Shown: positions 30,180-39,260 of the stretch, one piece after another
Position numbering within the stretch: position 1 is the first letter of the stretch
Layout of the letters: every line of letters begins with the position of its first letter
Source of the DNA: Candidatus Limnocylindrales bacterium
GTDB lineage: Bacteria > Moduliflexota > Moduliflexia > Moduliflexales > JAUQPW01
Assembly: GCA_035559535.1 (NCBI GenBank)
Contig: DATMBG010000051.1
Span: forward strand, 62,001-126,000
Direction: 5' to 3'
Length of the DNA stretch: 64,000 nt
The notes under the pieces: generated by a model
What the model was told of the DNA's origin: nothing
Databases searched by the model: none
What the model saw: only the letters and a program-made list of their open reading frames with translations
Made by a program: the position numbers and the translations under genes

Positions 30180-31763
30180 TCAGGGAAACCAGACCAGATT
30201 GGTTCCTCGGACTCCCAGGGTTTGAAATTGGCTTCCATCGGTCTTTATCATCCATATCTCACCTCCCTTATGGACCTTCTTGATGAGGAAAGGATTGGAG
30301 GTTTTTTCAAGTTCTTCTCTGGAAAAACGCTCAAAGGCAATCCATTGATCGTCAGGTGACCAGGCAGGGTGTTCGTCACTAAAGGAGAAGGGTTCTCCAG
30401 AAGGTAGAAGAGCTGATAGGTTCTGCCGGTTTTTATTCTCTAAATCCAACAATTCCAGATGATATATTTTAACTCCATTGGAAACTTTAATTCCCGCTGC
30501 ATAAACAATTTTGGTAGGGTATCGGTTGGCAAAGCGGGGATCCATGTTATCGAAGGAAGAATCTGAAATTTCTTTAACCTCCCCTGTAGAGGGATGAATG
30601 AGGATTTTCCCTTTTAATTCTGGATCCTCCGGTTTTACATCTACAAAAGCGATTTGATCTCCCCTCGCATTAAAGTTACCCACTTCCAGATAGGGCCCTA
30701 AAATGGTTATATTGTCTTTGGTAAGCGTCACCAGACTGAAATCACCGACCTTATCCCGTAAAACCAGGGCATTCCCATCCGGGGAGAATCGAAAGGTGTC
30801 TTGTTTCAAATGGACGGTAACAATGGATTTTATCAAAGCCTCTATGATCAAACCGGAGGCCGCAGCCTGGTTTATTTCTCGACCCACGTCAAATTTGACA
30901 GCTTGCGGAGGGGATTCTCCTAAGTTAGCCAGATAAACCTCCCAATTTGAATATGTGGACCCGTCTTGAGTGATCATCCCGGTAAATCCAAGGAAACCTC
31001 TCCCCCAGGAACTTTCAGTACCATTGGAACGTTCAAGGTTATGGGAATATCGGGCATCGGGTGAAAATTGTGGGGTGGAAATTTCAAGGATTTTTGAACC
31101 TGGATGTTGAGTACCATCGGAGGATTTAATGGAATCAGAGCTATTTAAGATAACCGAAATTTCCTGCTTTTTCCCACTTTCCAGATTTTTTAAATAAAGT
31201 TTATCCGATTGAGAGGGATCCTGGGCTTTTACGATATAGGCCAGGATTTTTCCATCGGATGATATATCAAAGGCCTTGACAGGCTCATCTGGCTCGGTCA
31301 AAGGCCATTTTTCCCCACTATCCGGATGAATACGGTAAATCCGCCCGGTCTCTCCTCCCTCCCTGCTTAAATAAGCCAGGTATTGTTTTTTGGTACGAAA
31401 CTGGAGTGTAAAATCTTTCTCCATTTCCCTTCCTCCCAAATCTTTAGCAGTTTTTTGGAGGGTCAGGGTATAAGTCGTCTCAGAAGTAAGACTATATTTA
31501 GGTGTGAAGGCAAATCTTCGCCCGACTGCACTATAATAGCCGTCTACCGGTGGATTCAGGTTAAAACTACGCTCAATACTTTTGGCATCAACCGGACGAT
31601 TAAAGAGGATTGTAATCTGACTACCAATGGGAACTTCCTGGCTTCCATTGGGAGGGCTTACTTCCAGAATCTCCAGGTTGGTCTGATCGCCTGAAGCGAT
31701 CAGAAGAAGGATGAGAAGTGCTAAGAGTCCCATGGTGGCTAAAATGAACCGATCAAAATTCAA
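30180..31763 (-). CDS. Membrane-anchored Ig-like (Big_5-like) + TolB-like beta-propeller protein
   Basis: N-terminal anchor; VSP.NG...ITILFNRPV...TYTLTL; PQFSPD, FSPDG, PAWSPDD repeats. Confidence 0.8.
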   Translation of the reverse strand: MNFDRFILATMGLLALLILLLIASGDQTNLEILEVSPPNGSQEVPIGSQITILFNRPVDAKSIERSFNLNPPVDGYYSAVGRRFAFTPKYSLTSETTYTLTLQKTAKDLGGREMEKDFTLQFRTKKQYLAYLSREGGETGRIYRIHPDSGEKWPLTEPDEPVKAFDISSDGKILAYIVKAQDPSQSDKLYLKNLESGKKQEISVILNSSDSIKSSDGTQHPGSKILEISTPQFSPDARYSHNLERSNGTESSWGRGFLGFTGMITQDGSTYSNWEVYLANLGESPPQAVKFDVGREINQAAASGLIIEALIKSIVTVHLKQDTFRFSPDGNALVLRDKVGDFSLVTLTKDNITILGPYLEVGNFNARGDQIAFVDVKPEDPELKGKILIHPSTGEVKEISDSSFDNMDPRFANRYPTKIVYAAGIKVSNGVKIYHLELLDLENKNRQNLSALLPSGEPFSFSDEHPAWSPDDQWIAFERFSREELEKTSNPFLIKKVHKGGEIWMIKTDGSQFQTLGVRGTNLVWFP

Positions 31764-31841
31764 GATAGGATCTAGGGTCCGGAGTCCGGGGTCCGTTGGG
31801 GAGGAAAAAAGGAGGGACCCAGACAGGGACCCATATGGGAA

Positions 31842-32600
31842 TTAATAAAGATATGGTTGGGCCGGACGTTGGGTTTTAACGACTTGAACAGGGCGAATAA
31901 AATTCGTCCGTTTACCGGCAATTTCTCCTACATCCCAGGTACCCTGAACCTCCACCCAACTCCCTTCTTCCAGTTCTTGATGGGCGTTATAGCGTACCAG
32001 AAGGCCGATGGGTCTGGCATCTACGGCACAACAGGTTACAACGAATCGAGAAAGTAAAAACGAATCTTTGGGGAGGTTATCATCTCGACGGAAGACAAAT
32101 CCGATGACTTTAACCTTTTTTCCAACGTGGTGCTGGGGTTCCGGGTCCGTATTAAATAACTTAATCCAGTCTTTAATGGTAAATTCTTCAGTATTTCGAT
32201 AGAATTGAACCGTTTTGCCTTCATCACGGGAAATGGTCAGATTGTTAAAATCAACGCCCCGCTGATTAGCCGTAGCCAGACTGAGAGGCTGCGGGGGCAG
32301 GAGAAAACCTACCGCCAACGGAAGTAAAATCAACAGATAAGCCACGCTAGCATGTAAAGAATCTTCTGATTCCCGGTGATGAGGATCGAGTTCATCTGCC
32401 GCACCGGGATGATTCCAGGTGAACCCCAGGATTGCTACCCCTACCAGAAAGATCCCTGCCCAAAGGGTTAAAGTAAAGTATGAAGGATGAATGTAAAACT
32501 GTAGGATTTGCGTGAAATACCCATAGATTAAATAAACACCATATCCTCCCAAAATCAAGAAATCAATTCGGCGTTTGGTAAAAAACGGTTTCATGATCAT
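31842..32600 (-). CDS. YcgQ/TIGR03943 (DUF1980)-family putative permease subunit
   Basis: YIHP, GKKVKVIGFV, RFVVTCCAVDA, WVEVQG, QPYLY. Confidence 0.88.
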   Translation of the reverse strand: MIMKPFFTKRRIDFLILGGYGVYLIYGYFTQILQFYIHPSYFTLTLWAGIFLVGVAILGFTWNHPGAADELDPHHRESEDSLHASVAYLLILLPLAVGFLLPPQPLSLATANQRGVDFNNLTISRDEGKTVQFYRNTEEFTIKDWIKLFNTDPEPQHHVGKKVKVIGFVFRRDDNLPKDSFLLSRFVVTCCAVDARPIGLLVRYNAHQELEEGSWVEVQGTWDVGEIAGKRTNFIRPVQVVKTQRPAQPYLY

Positions 32601-32659
32601 CCATTACCTGGTGTCCATTATCTAACGGATCATAAAAAACAACGGACACCAGAGAGGAA

Positions 32660-33697
32660 TTACCCGATCCTGAGATTTAAAAACAAAGTCAAGAGAAGGG
32701 TCAGTTGGGCGCTTAAAATTATGATCCATACCACGGTTTTTACCTTAAAGGTTGTCAACATCATCAGAGTACTTTTGATATCCATCATCGGTCCGAAAAC
32801 TAAGAAGGCAAGTAGAGAGCCATTGGTAAACGTATTTGCATAGGAAAGTGCAAAAAAGGCATCTACGGTAGAGCAAATCGAAATAACAAAGGCTAAGATC
32901 ATCAAGGAAATAATGGAGAGTATCGGGCCCTGACCGAGTTTAAGAAGAACTTCTCTGGGAACCAGGGTCTGGGTAAGCGCTGCGATGGCAGCTCCCAAAA
33001 CAAGAATCTGACCCATCTCAAAAAATTCTGTGTAAATAATGTGGAGCACCCGACTCATTTTCTCCTTAAAACCCTTAGAGGAAGTAAAATTTCCAGAGTG
33101 CTCACAAAGCAAGAGGGTTTCTTCCTGAAGAAACTCTTCCTGTTTACGATTGAAGCTAAATAAAAATCCGATCGTTACGGCAATCAGCAGGGTAAAACCA
33201 AAGCGATAGAATACAATCCGGGTATCAAAACTAAAGGCTGCCCAGGTGGATAGAAGTACCACCGGATTGATAACCGGTGCTGCCAGGAGGAATGTAATTG
33301 CTCCGGCGACCGGGAGACCTTTAAGAATAAGCCTTCGGGCTACCGGGATATTGCCGCATTCACAAACCGGAAAAACAGCTCCCATGAAACTCAGCAGGAT
33401 AAGCAAGAGAAATCGATTTTTGGGTAAATACTTAAGAAGCACCTCTTCTTTTACATAAACCCCCATCAGAGCTGAGACCACAACACCGAGAAGAAGAAAA
33501 GGAACGGCTTCGATCATAATCCCCAGAAAGATGGTTACTCCATCCTGGGCCCTTAGAAGTATCTCTCTGGTCCAACCCTGGGTTGGAAGAATATTTATAA
33601 AACCGAGGAGTCGGATGCCGAGGAGGGGTATGATAAGGGATAAAAGTACTTTCAGAAAAGTATGACTTCTTTGTATAGAGGAGCTGGAAGCAATCAT
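32660..33697 (-). CDS. YcgR/DUF318-family permease
   Basis: EAVPFLLLG, FPVCECG..PVARRL, SICSTVDAF, FLVFGPMMDIK. Confidence 0.9.
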   Translation of the reverse strand: MIASSSSIQRSHTFLKVLLSLIIPLLGIRLLGFINILPTQGWTREILLRAQDGVTIFLGIMIEAVPFLLLGVVVSALMGVYVKEEVLLKYLPKNRFLLLILLSFMGAVFPVCECGNIPVARRLILKGLPVAGAITFLLAAPVINPVVLLSTWAAFSFDTRIVFYRFGFTLLIAVTIGFLFSFNRKQEEFLQEETLLLCEHSGNFTSSKGFKEKMSRVLHIIYTEFFEMGQILVLGAAIAALTQTLVPREVLLKLGQGPILSIISLMILAFVISICSTVDAFFALSYANTFTNGSLLAFLVFGPMMDIKSTLMMLTTFKVKTVVWIIILSAQLTLLLTLFLNLRIG

Positions 33698-33812
33698 GAT
33701 GACCTAAACACAGGAAGGCCAGAATAAGCTCTCATGTGTATCGAATGAGAGATAAAAACTCTCTTATTAATAAAATAGAGAACAAATAAAACTCTTTATT
33801 TTAATAATATAC

Positions 33813-33865
33813 TCAAGCACGGAGATGAGTCCAGGGTTACTTTTCTGGACTATCCCCGTGCTTGA
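33813..33865. other. Long intergenic hairpin (possible terminator or REP)
   Basis: tcaagcacgg-agatg-agtccag ... ctggact-atcc-ccgtgcttga. Confidence 0.55.
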
Positions 33866-34037
33866 ATTCACAATCCCCTTTACAGAAGGGGATTTTCCCC
33901 GATAGTCGGGCTTTACCTCTGTAAGGACTCTAATCTAAACTATCTGGCTTCGTCAAAGGGGACAGGTAGAAAAGCAGAAAACTTTTTCTTGTAACTCCTT
34001 GCAAGGGCAAGCGAAGCAGGATAAATTTAGTGGGTTT

Positions 34038-34979
34038 CTACTGTTCACCTACCCCTTTAACCCCTTTGCTTTTAATGGCGATGGCCCGTGCAATTCCTCC
34101 GCTTCCATCCACAATTTTAGCATGGAGGCTGATAAAGTAAGCGCCCCGGGCCGGAAGTTTTCCCAGGTTGGTGCAGAGTTCGGTCCAGCTCATTCCATAT
34201 TTCAAACCGGCAACATGGGTAGGTTGGCCGGCTTCTACCGGTCCCATGCTGGGTCCATCTGTTGCCACATGCCATACTCCTTTGCTATGGAGATATTCCA
34301 TAACTTCTGGAGTTGGTGCAGGCCAACCCGGAGCAGTTTTGGTGATTAAAGGATCAAAGGCCAATCGGTTTCCTTCAGGGAAAGGTTTATAATACTTATC
34401 GCTATAACTGCTGTAAAAGGCGACCACTTCACCCGGTTTAATCTCTCCATTCTTCTTCTCCCAGTCTTTAATCATATCCACAGTGATGGCAGGGCTTTTT
34501 CCATTTTCAGCTTTATCCAGAATGCTTCGAACATCGATAACATCCACAGGCCCCATCTGGCGCTCCAGAGGATAGTTTGAACCAGTCAGGGAACCTGCTT
34601 CTCCCTCAAAGGGGAGACCGCTTCCCTTGGGTGGAATGAAGTGTGCCGGGAAGTCAATTTGAGTTCCCGTATGCTCATCGATGATCATTCTTTGGCCGTA
34701 GTAAGGAAACACGCTTTGGGCTAAGTTGTTTTCATACTTCCCCTTGATAGGTTGGAACCAGTTGAAGGTCCATCTTTGGAACTGGTTATGGGTCGGCCAG
34801 TGTGCAGGGTAATTCTCTGCGATAAGAACGGTCAAATCTACAATTTCACCGTTGGCAATAGCCGCCGCAATGGCTTCACCTGCAGACATCTCTGCAGCAA
34901 AAGAGGATGAATTGATCAGGGAAAAACTTAAAACCATCATGAGACCGATTAAGCTTGCGAGAAATTTTTTTCGATTCAT
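34038..34979 (-). CDS. Exported cyclase-family (kynurenine formamidase-like) metallohydrolase
   Basis: Signal peptide; IVDLT, DEHTGTQIDFPAHF, TDGPSMG, E..TNL..LP.RGA. Confidence 0.85.
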   Translation of the reverse strand: MNRKKFLASLIGLMMVLSFSLINSSSFAAEMSAGEAIAAAIANGEIVDLTVLIAENYPAHWPTHNQFQRWTFNWFQPIKGKYENNLAQSVFPYYGQRMIIDEHTGTQIDFPAHFIPPKGSGLPFEGEAGSLTGSNYPLERQMGPVDVIDVRSILDKAENGKSPAITVDMIKDWEKKNGEIKPGEVVAFYSSYSDKYYKPFPEGNRLAFDPLITKTAPGWPAPTPEVMEYLHSKGVWHVATDGPSMGPVEAGQPTHVAGLKYGMSWTELCTNLGKLPARGAYFISLHAKIVDGSGGIARAIAIKSKGVKGVGEQ

Positions 34980-35181
34980 AGGAAAACCTCCTTCAGATTT
35001 ATCTAAAAGGGTTAGTGGTCGATAGACTAAACTGAAGAATTAAATGTCCGACTGGTAAGATACCAGCCAATATCCAGCTTATGCAGGTAGGAGGAGTTCT
35101 GTCAATAAAAATTTCTTCCGACTTATTCCACTTCTTCTGCGTTTCAGGGTTTCATAAGTTTTTTAGAATAGGAAGAGTTTT

Positions 35182-36138
35182 TTATCGTCTCAAGGCATAG
35201 ATAATCCCACCTATAACTCCCTGAAAAAGTACCATACCAAAGGTAATCCAGGTAAATGCAATAGCCTGAGCTGGGGTTACCTGAAACTGTCCCAGGAAAA
35301 ATATATAGACAGCCTCCCGGGCGCCTATTCCATTAATAAAAATAGGTAGTAAAAGAACTACCGTAATAACCGGGATAATAAGGAAGTAATATAGCAGGGG
35401 AACCGGGAGGTTCAAAGCAAACGAAAGGAAGTAAAAGTGGAAAATAACATTAACCTGGAGAAGAATGGCCAAAAAGAATGCTATGATCAAAACTCGTTTG
35501 TTCTGTTGATAAATGGAGAGGGTTCCTAACAGTTTTTTTAATTTCTCTGTGATTTTATTTAAAAAAGGGTACCGGGTAAAAAAAGGTTGTAAAGCCCCTC
35601 CATTCTCAGGTTCTAGAAAGGCATTGATAAACTTATGGACACGGGGATGAAGGGCTGCAATAAATATTACAAATAAAACAAGTAAAGCACTGAGAGCCAG
35701 CCAGACCATGGGGATTTGCGTAAAGACCGAAAAGCCGAAGAACAGAGCAACCAGGGCAAAAAGTCCCAGGGCAAACATTCCTGTCAGACGTTCGACCATG
35801 ACGATGGTTAAGGATTTGGTTCCGGAGTAGGTGTAGGGAATGGTATCATAAGCCCGAACTACGTCCCCACCTATGGTGGAGGGCAAGAAATTATTAAAAA
35901 AGATGCCAACCAGGTAAGATTTTATTAGAAATCCCAAGGGAACTTTAGCGCCTTGAGCTTCAAGGAGAATTTGCCAGCGGTAGGCACTGAGCAGGAAACC
36001 GATGATATGCAGTAAAAAGGCGGCTATGACCCAAAATGGATTCGCCGCCTTAAGGGCGGATCCAATGAGAGTTAAATCTGTTTTATATAACAGGAAGGAA
36101 AGAAGCAGGAAGCTGACGATACATTTGAGTATTAACAC
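35182..36138 (-). CDS. Lysylphosphatidylglycerol-synthase-TM / flippase-like membrane protein (UPF0104)
   Basis: RWQILL, FFNNFLPSTIGGDVVR, LPI.INGIGARE. Confidence 0.88.
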   Translation of the reverse strand: MLILKCIVSFLLLSFLLYKTDLTLIGSALKAANPFWVIAAFLLHIIGFLLSAYRWQILLEAQGAKVPLGFLIKSYLVGIFFNNFLPSTIGGDVVRAYDTIPYTYSGTKSLTIVMVERLTGMFALGLFALVALFFGFSVFTQIPMVWLALSALLVLFVIFIAALHPRVHKFINAFLEPENGGALQPFFTRYPFLNKITEKLKKLLGTLSIYQQNKRVLIIAFFLAILLQVNVIFHFYFLSFALNLPVPLLYYFLIIPVITVVLLLPIFINGIGAREAVYIFFLGQFQVTPAQAIAFTWITFGMVLFQGVIGGIIYALRR

Positions 36139-36215
36139 AAAAGTAGGAGGGTAGGAGTCTGAGGTAATGGGAGCGTATCTCTTCCATTCTCCTATTCTCC
36201 CAGGCTTTTTTTACC

Positions 36216-37205
36216 TCAAAGCCATCCCTGAGCCTTATACCAATTCAGGGTAATTCGGATCCCGGTTCTTAAGTCTACCTTGGGCTCAAACCCTAGAAAT
36301 TCTCTGGCTTTTGAGATATCGAAGGATTGGTTCTTTAAAAAGAAGTCAAGTCGTCGGTGATGGAGAGGAGGTTGTAAATGGATCCATTTAAATACTTTTT
36401 CACAAACCGACGCTACAAATCGAGCCGACCAGACGGGAATTTTGAGTCTGGGGATTTTCACATTTAACTCTTCGGCGATGGTATCCACGAGTTGACGGAG
36501 TGTGACGGATTGAGCCCCGGCTATGATAAAAACCTCCCCTACTGCAGCCGGATGCTGGGCACAGAGTTTAAGCCCCTGAACCACGTCCTCTACAAACACG
36601 GGATGAACGAGGGTTTCTCCGGTTCCGATCATGAGAAAGACATGTTTTGCAATGGCATGAAAAAGCTTATAGGTGCGTCGGTCTCCAGGTCCGTAGATCC
36701 AGGCAGGTCTTATAACTGAGACCGGTAATTCATATTTCTCTGCATACTCTAAGGCGAGGAGTTCCGCCTGGTATTTGCTTTTCCCGTAGACGTTATCCGC
36801 TGCACAGGGAGAAGTCTCACGGGATGGAATTTCAGAGAGAGTTCCCATAACTCCTACGCTACTGCAATGGACAAGGGCCCTTAAACCGGCATAACGACAG
36901 GCTTCCAGTAAGTTCTGAGTCCCCTGATAATTAATATCCCAATACAGGGAGTTTGAAACGTTCACCGGCGTCAGTATACTGGCAAGATGAAAAACCACTT
37001 CTACATTACGTCCGATCTTTAAAGCCCTCTCAATAGATCCTTTATCCCGAATATCACCGTAAACCACTTCGGTGTCCATTTTTCGAAGTTCTTCCATGTT
37101 ACTGGTCGGTCGAACAAAGGAAATAACTTCATGCCTATCGGCCAGTAAACTCCGCACGAGATGTTTACCTAGAAAACCTGATGCACCTGTAACCAGAATT
37201 TTCAT
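36216..37205 (-). CDS. NAD-dependent epimerase/dehydratase
   Basis: ILVTGASGFLG, YGKSK, IRP..IYGPGD. Confidence 0.92.
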   Translation of the reverse strand: MKILVTGASGFLGKHLVRSLLADRHEVISFVRPTSNMEELRKMDTEVVYGDIRDKGSIERALKIGRNVEVVFHLASILTPVNVSNSLYWDINYQGTQNLLEACRYAGLRALVHCSSVGVMGTLSEIPSRETSPCAADNVYGKSKYQAELLALEYAEKYELPVSVIRPAWIYGPGDRRTYKLFHAIAKHVFLMIGTGETLVHPVFVEDVVQGLKLCAQHPAAVGEVFIIAGAQSVTLRQLVDTIAEELNVKIPRLKIPVWSARFVASVCEKVFKWIHLQPPLHHRRLDFFLKNQSFDISKAREFLGFEPKVDLRTGIRITLNWYKAQGWL

Positions 37206-37281
37206 ATGGCAAGAATTCAGAAGTCAGAAACCGGGAACTGGAGTAAGAAATTCTGAATTCTGAATCCTGACTCCTGGTATC

Positions 37282-38085
37282 TTAAGCTTTCTTTGCCGAA
37301 ACCATTAAAATATAGCCGGGTGTAAAGGAAATGAATTCATCTAGCCGTGAAATAACCCACAAGACCGGATAAACTAAAGAGTAGAGCTTGAAGGACTTCT
37401 GATGTTGCTTCAGATCTTCTGGAGAGGAGGGCGCTATACCTCCTTTCAGGCTTCCCTTATGCTGGCCCTTGTTGAGAATAAACATATAACTGTAGTTGAC
37501 CACCAGTTCGATCAATTCCGAAAAAAACCTTGAGAAGGTGGTATACCCCGTTACTTTAAAGCCTCCTTTTTCCAGCTTTGTGCATAAATCTTCCAGGGAA
37601 TATCCCTTTCGTACATGCCCATAGTCCGAAGGTTTGAAGCCGAGCCACCATCGGAGCCGATTCAGGATCAGGTCTTTTCCCCCTCGGGTGTGGGGTACGG
37701 TTACATACAGGCTTCCAGAAGGCTTAAGAACCCGATAAATTTCCCTAATAAATTCCTGATCTGTTTCGATGTGCTCCAGAAAGTCTATGACCGCCACACA
37801 ATCAAAGGTTGCGTCCGCAAAATTTAAGCTTCTTCCATCTGTTAAAAAGACCGTATCTCCAACCAGCTTTCGAGCAATTTCTATTTTTTCCTTATCTCCA
37901 TCTACACTTATCCAGTCACCTCCCCGCTTTCTAAGAAAAAAACTGGTTACCCCGGTATCACATCCAATCTCCAGGCATTTTTTTCCTGAAGTCGATTCAA
38001 GAAACGTATCCATCGCTCTAAGTTTACTTTGCTTCTTTAGAGATTTTTTTGCAACTTCCAATTGCCAGACTTTTTCCATTTCCAT
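37282..38085 (-). CDS. Class I SAM-dependent methyltransferase
   Basis: CLEIGCDTG, F.DATFD, DFLEHI, RVLKPSG, GHVRKGY. Confidence 0.9.
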   Translation of the reverse strand: MEMEKVWQLEVAKKSLKKQSKLRAMDTFLESTSGKKCLEIGCDTGVTSFFLRKRGGDWISVDGDKEKIEIARKLVGDTVFLTDGRSLNFADATFDCVAVIDFLEHIETDQEFIREIYRVLKPSGSLYVTVPHTRGGKDLILNRLRWWLGFKPSDYGHVRKGYSLEDLCTKLEKGGFKVTGYTTFSRFFSELIELVVNYSYMFILNKGQHKGSLKGGIAPSSPEDLKQHQKSFKLYSLVYPVLWVISRLDEFISFTPGYILMVSAKKA

Positions 38086-38125
38086 TGGATGAACCAGAGG
38101 GTCAGGAGAATGCGCCAGACTCTTC

Positions 38126-39124
38126 TTATCCCTTGTATCCTAACACGCTTTCTTTGAGAAAGGTTTTCAGGTTTAAAGTCGGAACGCCTAAAAAGGTTTT
38201 TCTTTTAATCATATCACAACCAGAGCAGGGAGAAAGGTCATGGCCCCGACCTTCTTTCATGAGTCTTCTAAGTTCCATCATGGGAGCCGAATTCCAGATT
38301 TCCTTGATCGAAGATTTGTTGACATCTCCCATATCTAAGTCACCGTAAAAATCCTGGGGACAGGGAGCTACTTTCCCGTTCCAAAAAATAACCAAAGCGT
38401 ACCAGGGAAAAGTGCACGGGGAATAATAATCTGTATAATAACTTGGAACATGGTCTTTTATCTCGTAGCTTCCAGCCCAGTTGTGGGGTTCTTTAATAAT
38501 GAGTTGATCTAAGGGAAGACCTGCAAACTGCGCCCGGAATTTCTTCTGTCTTTCTGCGTCCCTGGCTTCACCGGAAAAATCAATGACCTCAAAGATCGTA
38601 TACGGCGTAGTCTGACCTAACTTTTTTTTCAAATGCAAAAAATTGAGAATATTCCCTAAGGTCTCATCAAAATCCGATCGTACCCTAATTTTCTCGTATT
38701 CTTCTTTTTCATAACCGTCAAAAGAAAAAGAAATAAGATCTAACCCTGAGGTCAGTAAAGCTCGGGCACGCTCTTCATTGAGCAAGGTGGCATTGGTATG
38801 GAGGCGGGTATAAATACCGCTTTCCTTGGCATACCGAATCATCTCGGGGAGCCGGGGGTGAAGGGTAGGTTCGCCGGTATGGTGAAGATTCACATCATAA
38901 ACGAAGGTTTTCGCTTCATCGATGATTTTCTTAAACAGGGAAAACTCCATATACCCTTTGGCAAAGCGCCTCCCAAAACTTTGAGGACACATTACACAAC
39001 GCAGATTACAGACGCTGGTGGGTTCTACCCAAAGACGCATAGGAAGATAATCCGGTTTCACCTTCCGAATCCAGTAGTTCCAGGCCATACGACCTAAGGT
39101 AACATAGCGAGTGAATTTAGTCAT
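38126..39124 (-). CDS. Radical SAM protein with twitch/SPASM domain
   Basis: EPTSVCNLRCVMCP; GEPTLHP; CTFPW...PCPQD...CSGC; start moved to MTKF. Confidence 0.9.
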   Translation of the reverse strand: MTKFTRYVTLGRMAWNYWIRKVKPDYLPMRLWVEPTSVCNLRCVMCPQSFGRRFAKGYMEFSLFKKIIDEAKTFVYDVNLHHTGEPTLHPRLPEMIRYAKESGIYTRLHTNATLLNEERARALLTSGLDLISFSFDGYEKEEYEKIRVRSDFDETLGNILNFLHLKKKLGQTTPYTIFEVIDFSGEARDAERQKKFRAQFAGLPLDQLIIKEPHNWAGSYEIKDHVPSYYTDYYSPCTFPWYALVIFWNGKVAPCPQDFYGDLDMGDVNKSSIKEIWNSAPMMELRRLMKEGRGHDLSPCSGCDMIKRKTFLGVPTLNLKTFLKESVLGYKG

Positions 39125-39260
39125 AAATGGGTCCCTTGTTTGTTGTCCAGGGTAGCCACACAAATGCAGAGAATCCGGAGACAAACCTTCGTTTTATTTT
39201 ACCCTGTACCCTCTCTGTATTTCTGTGGCAAAGAACAACAGACAACGGGGAACGGGCAAC

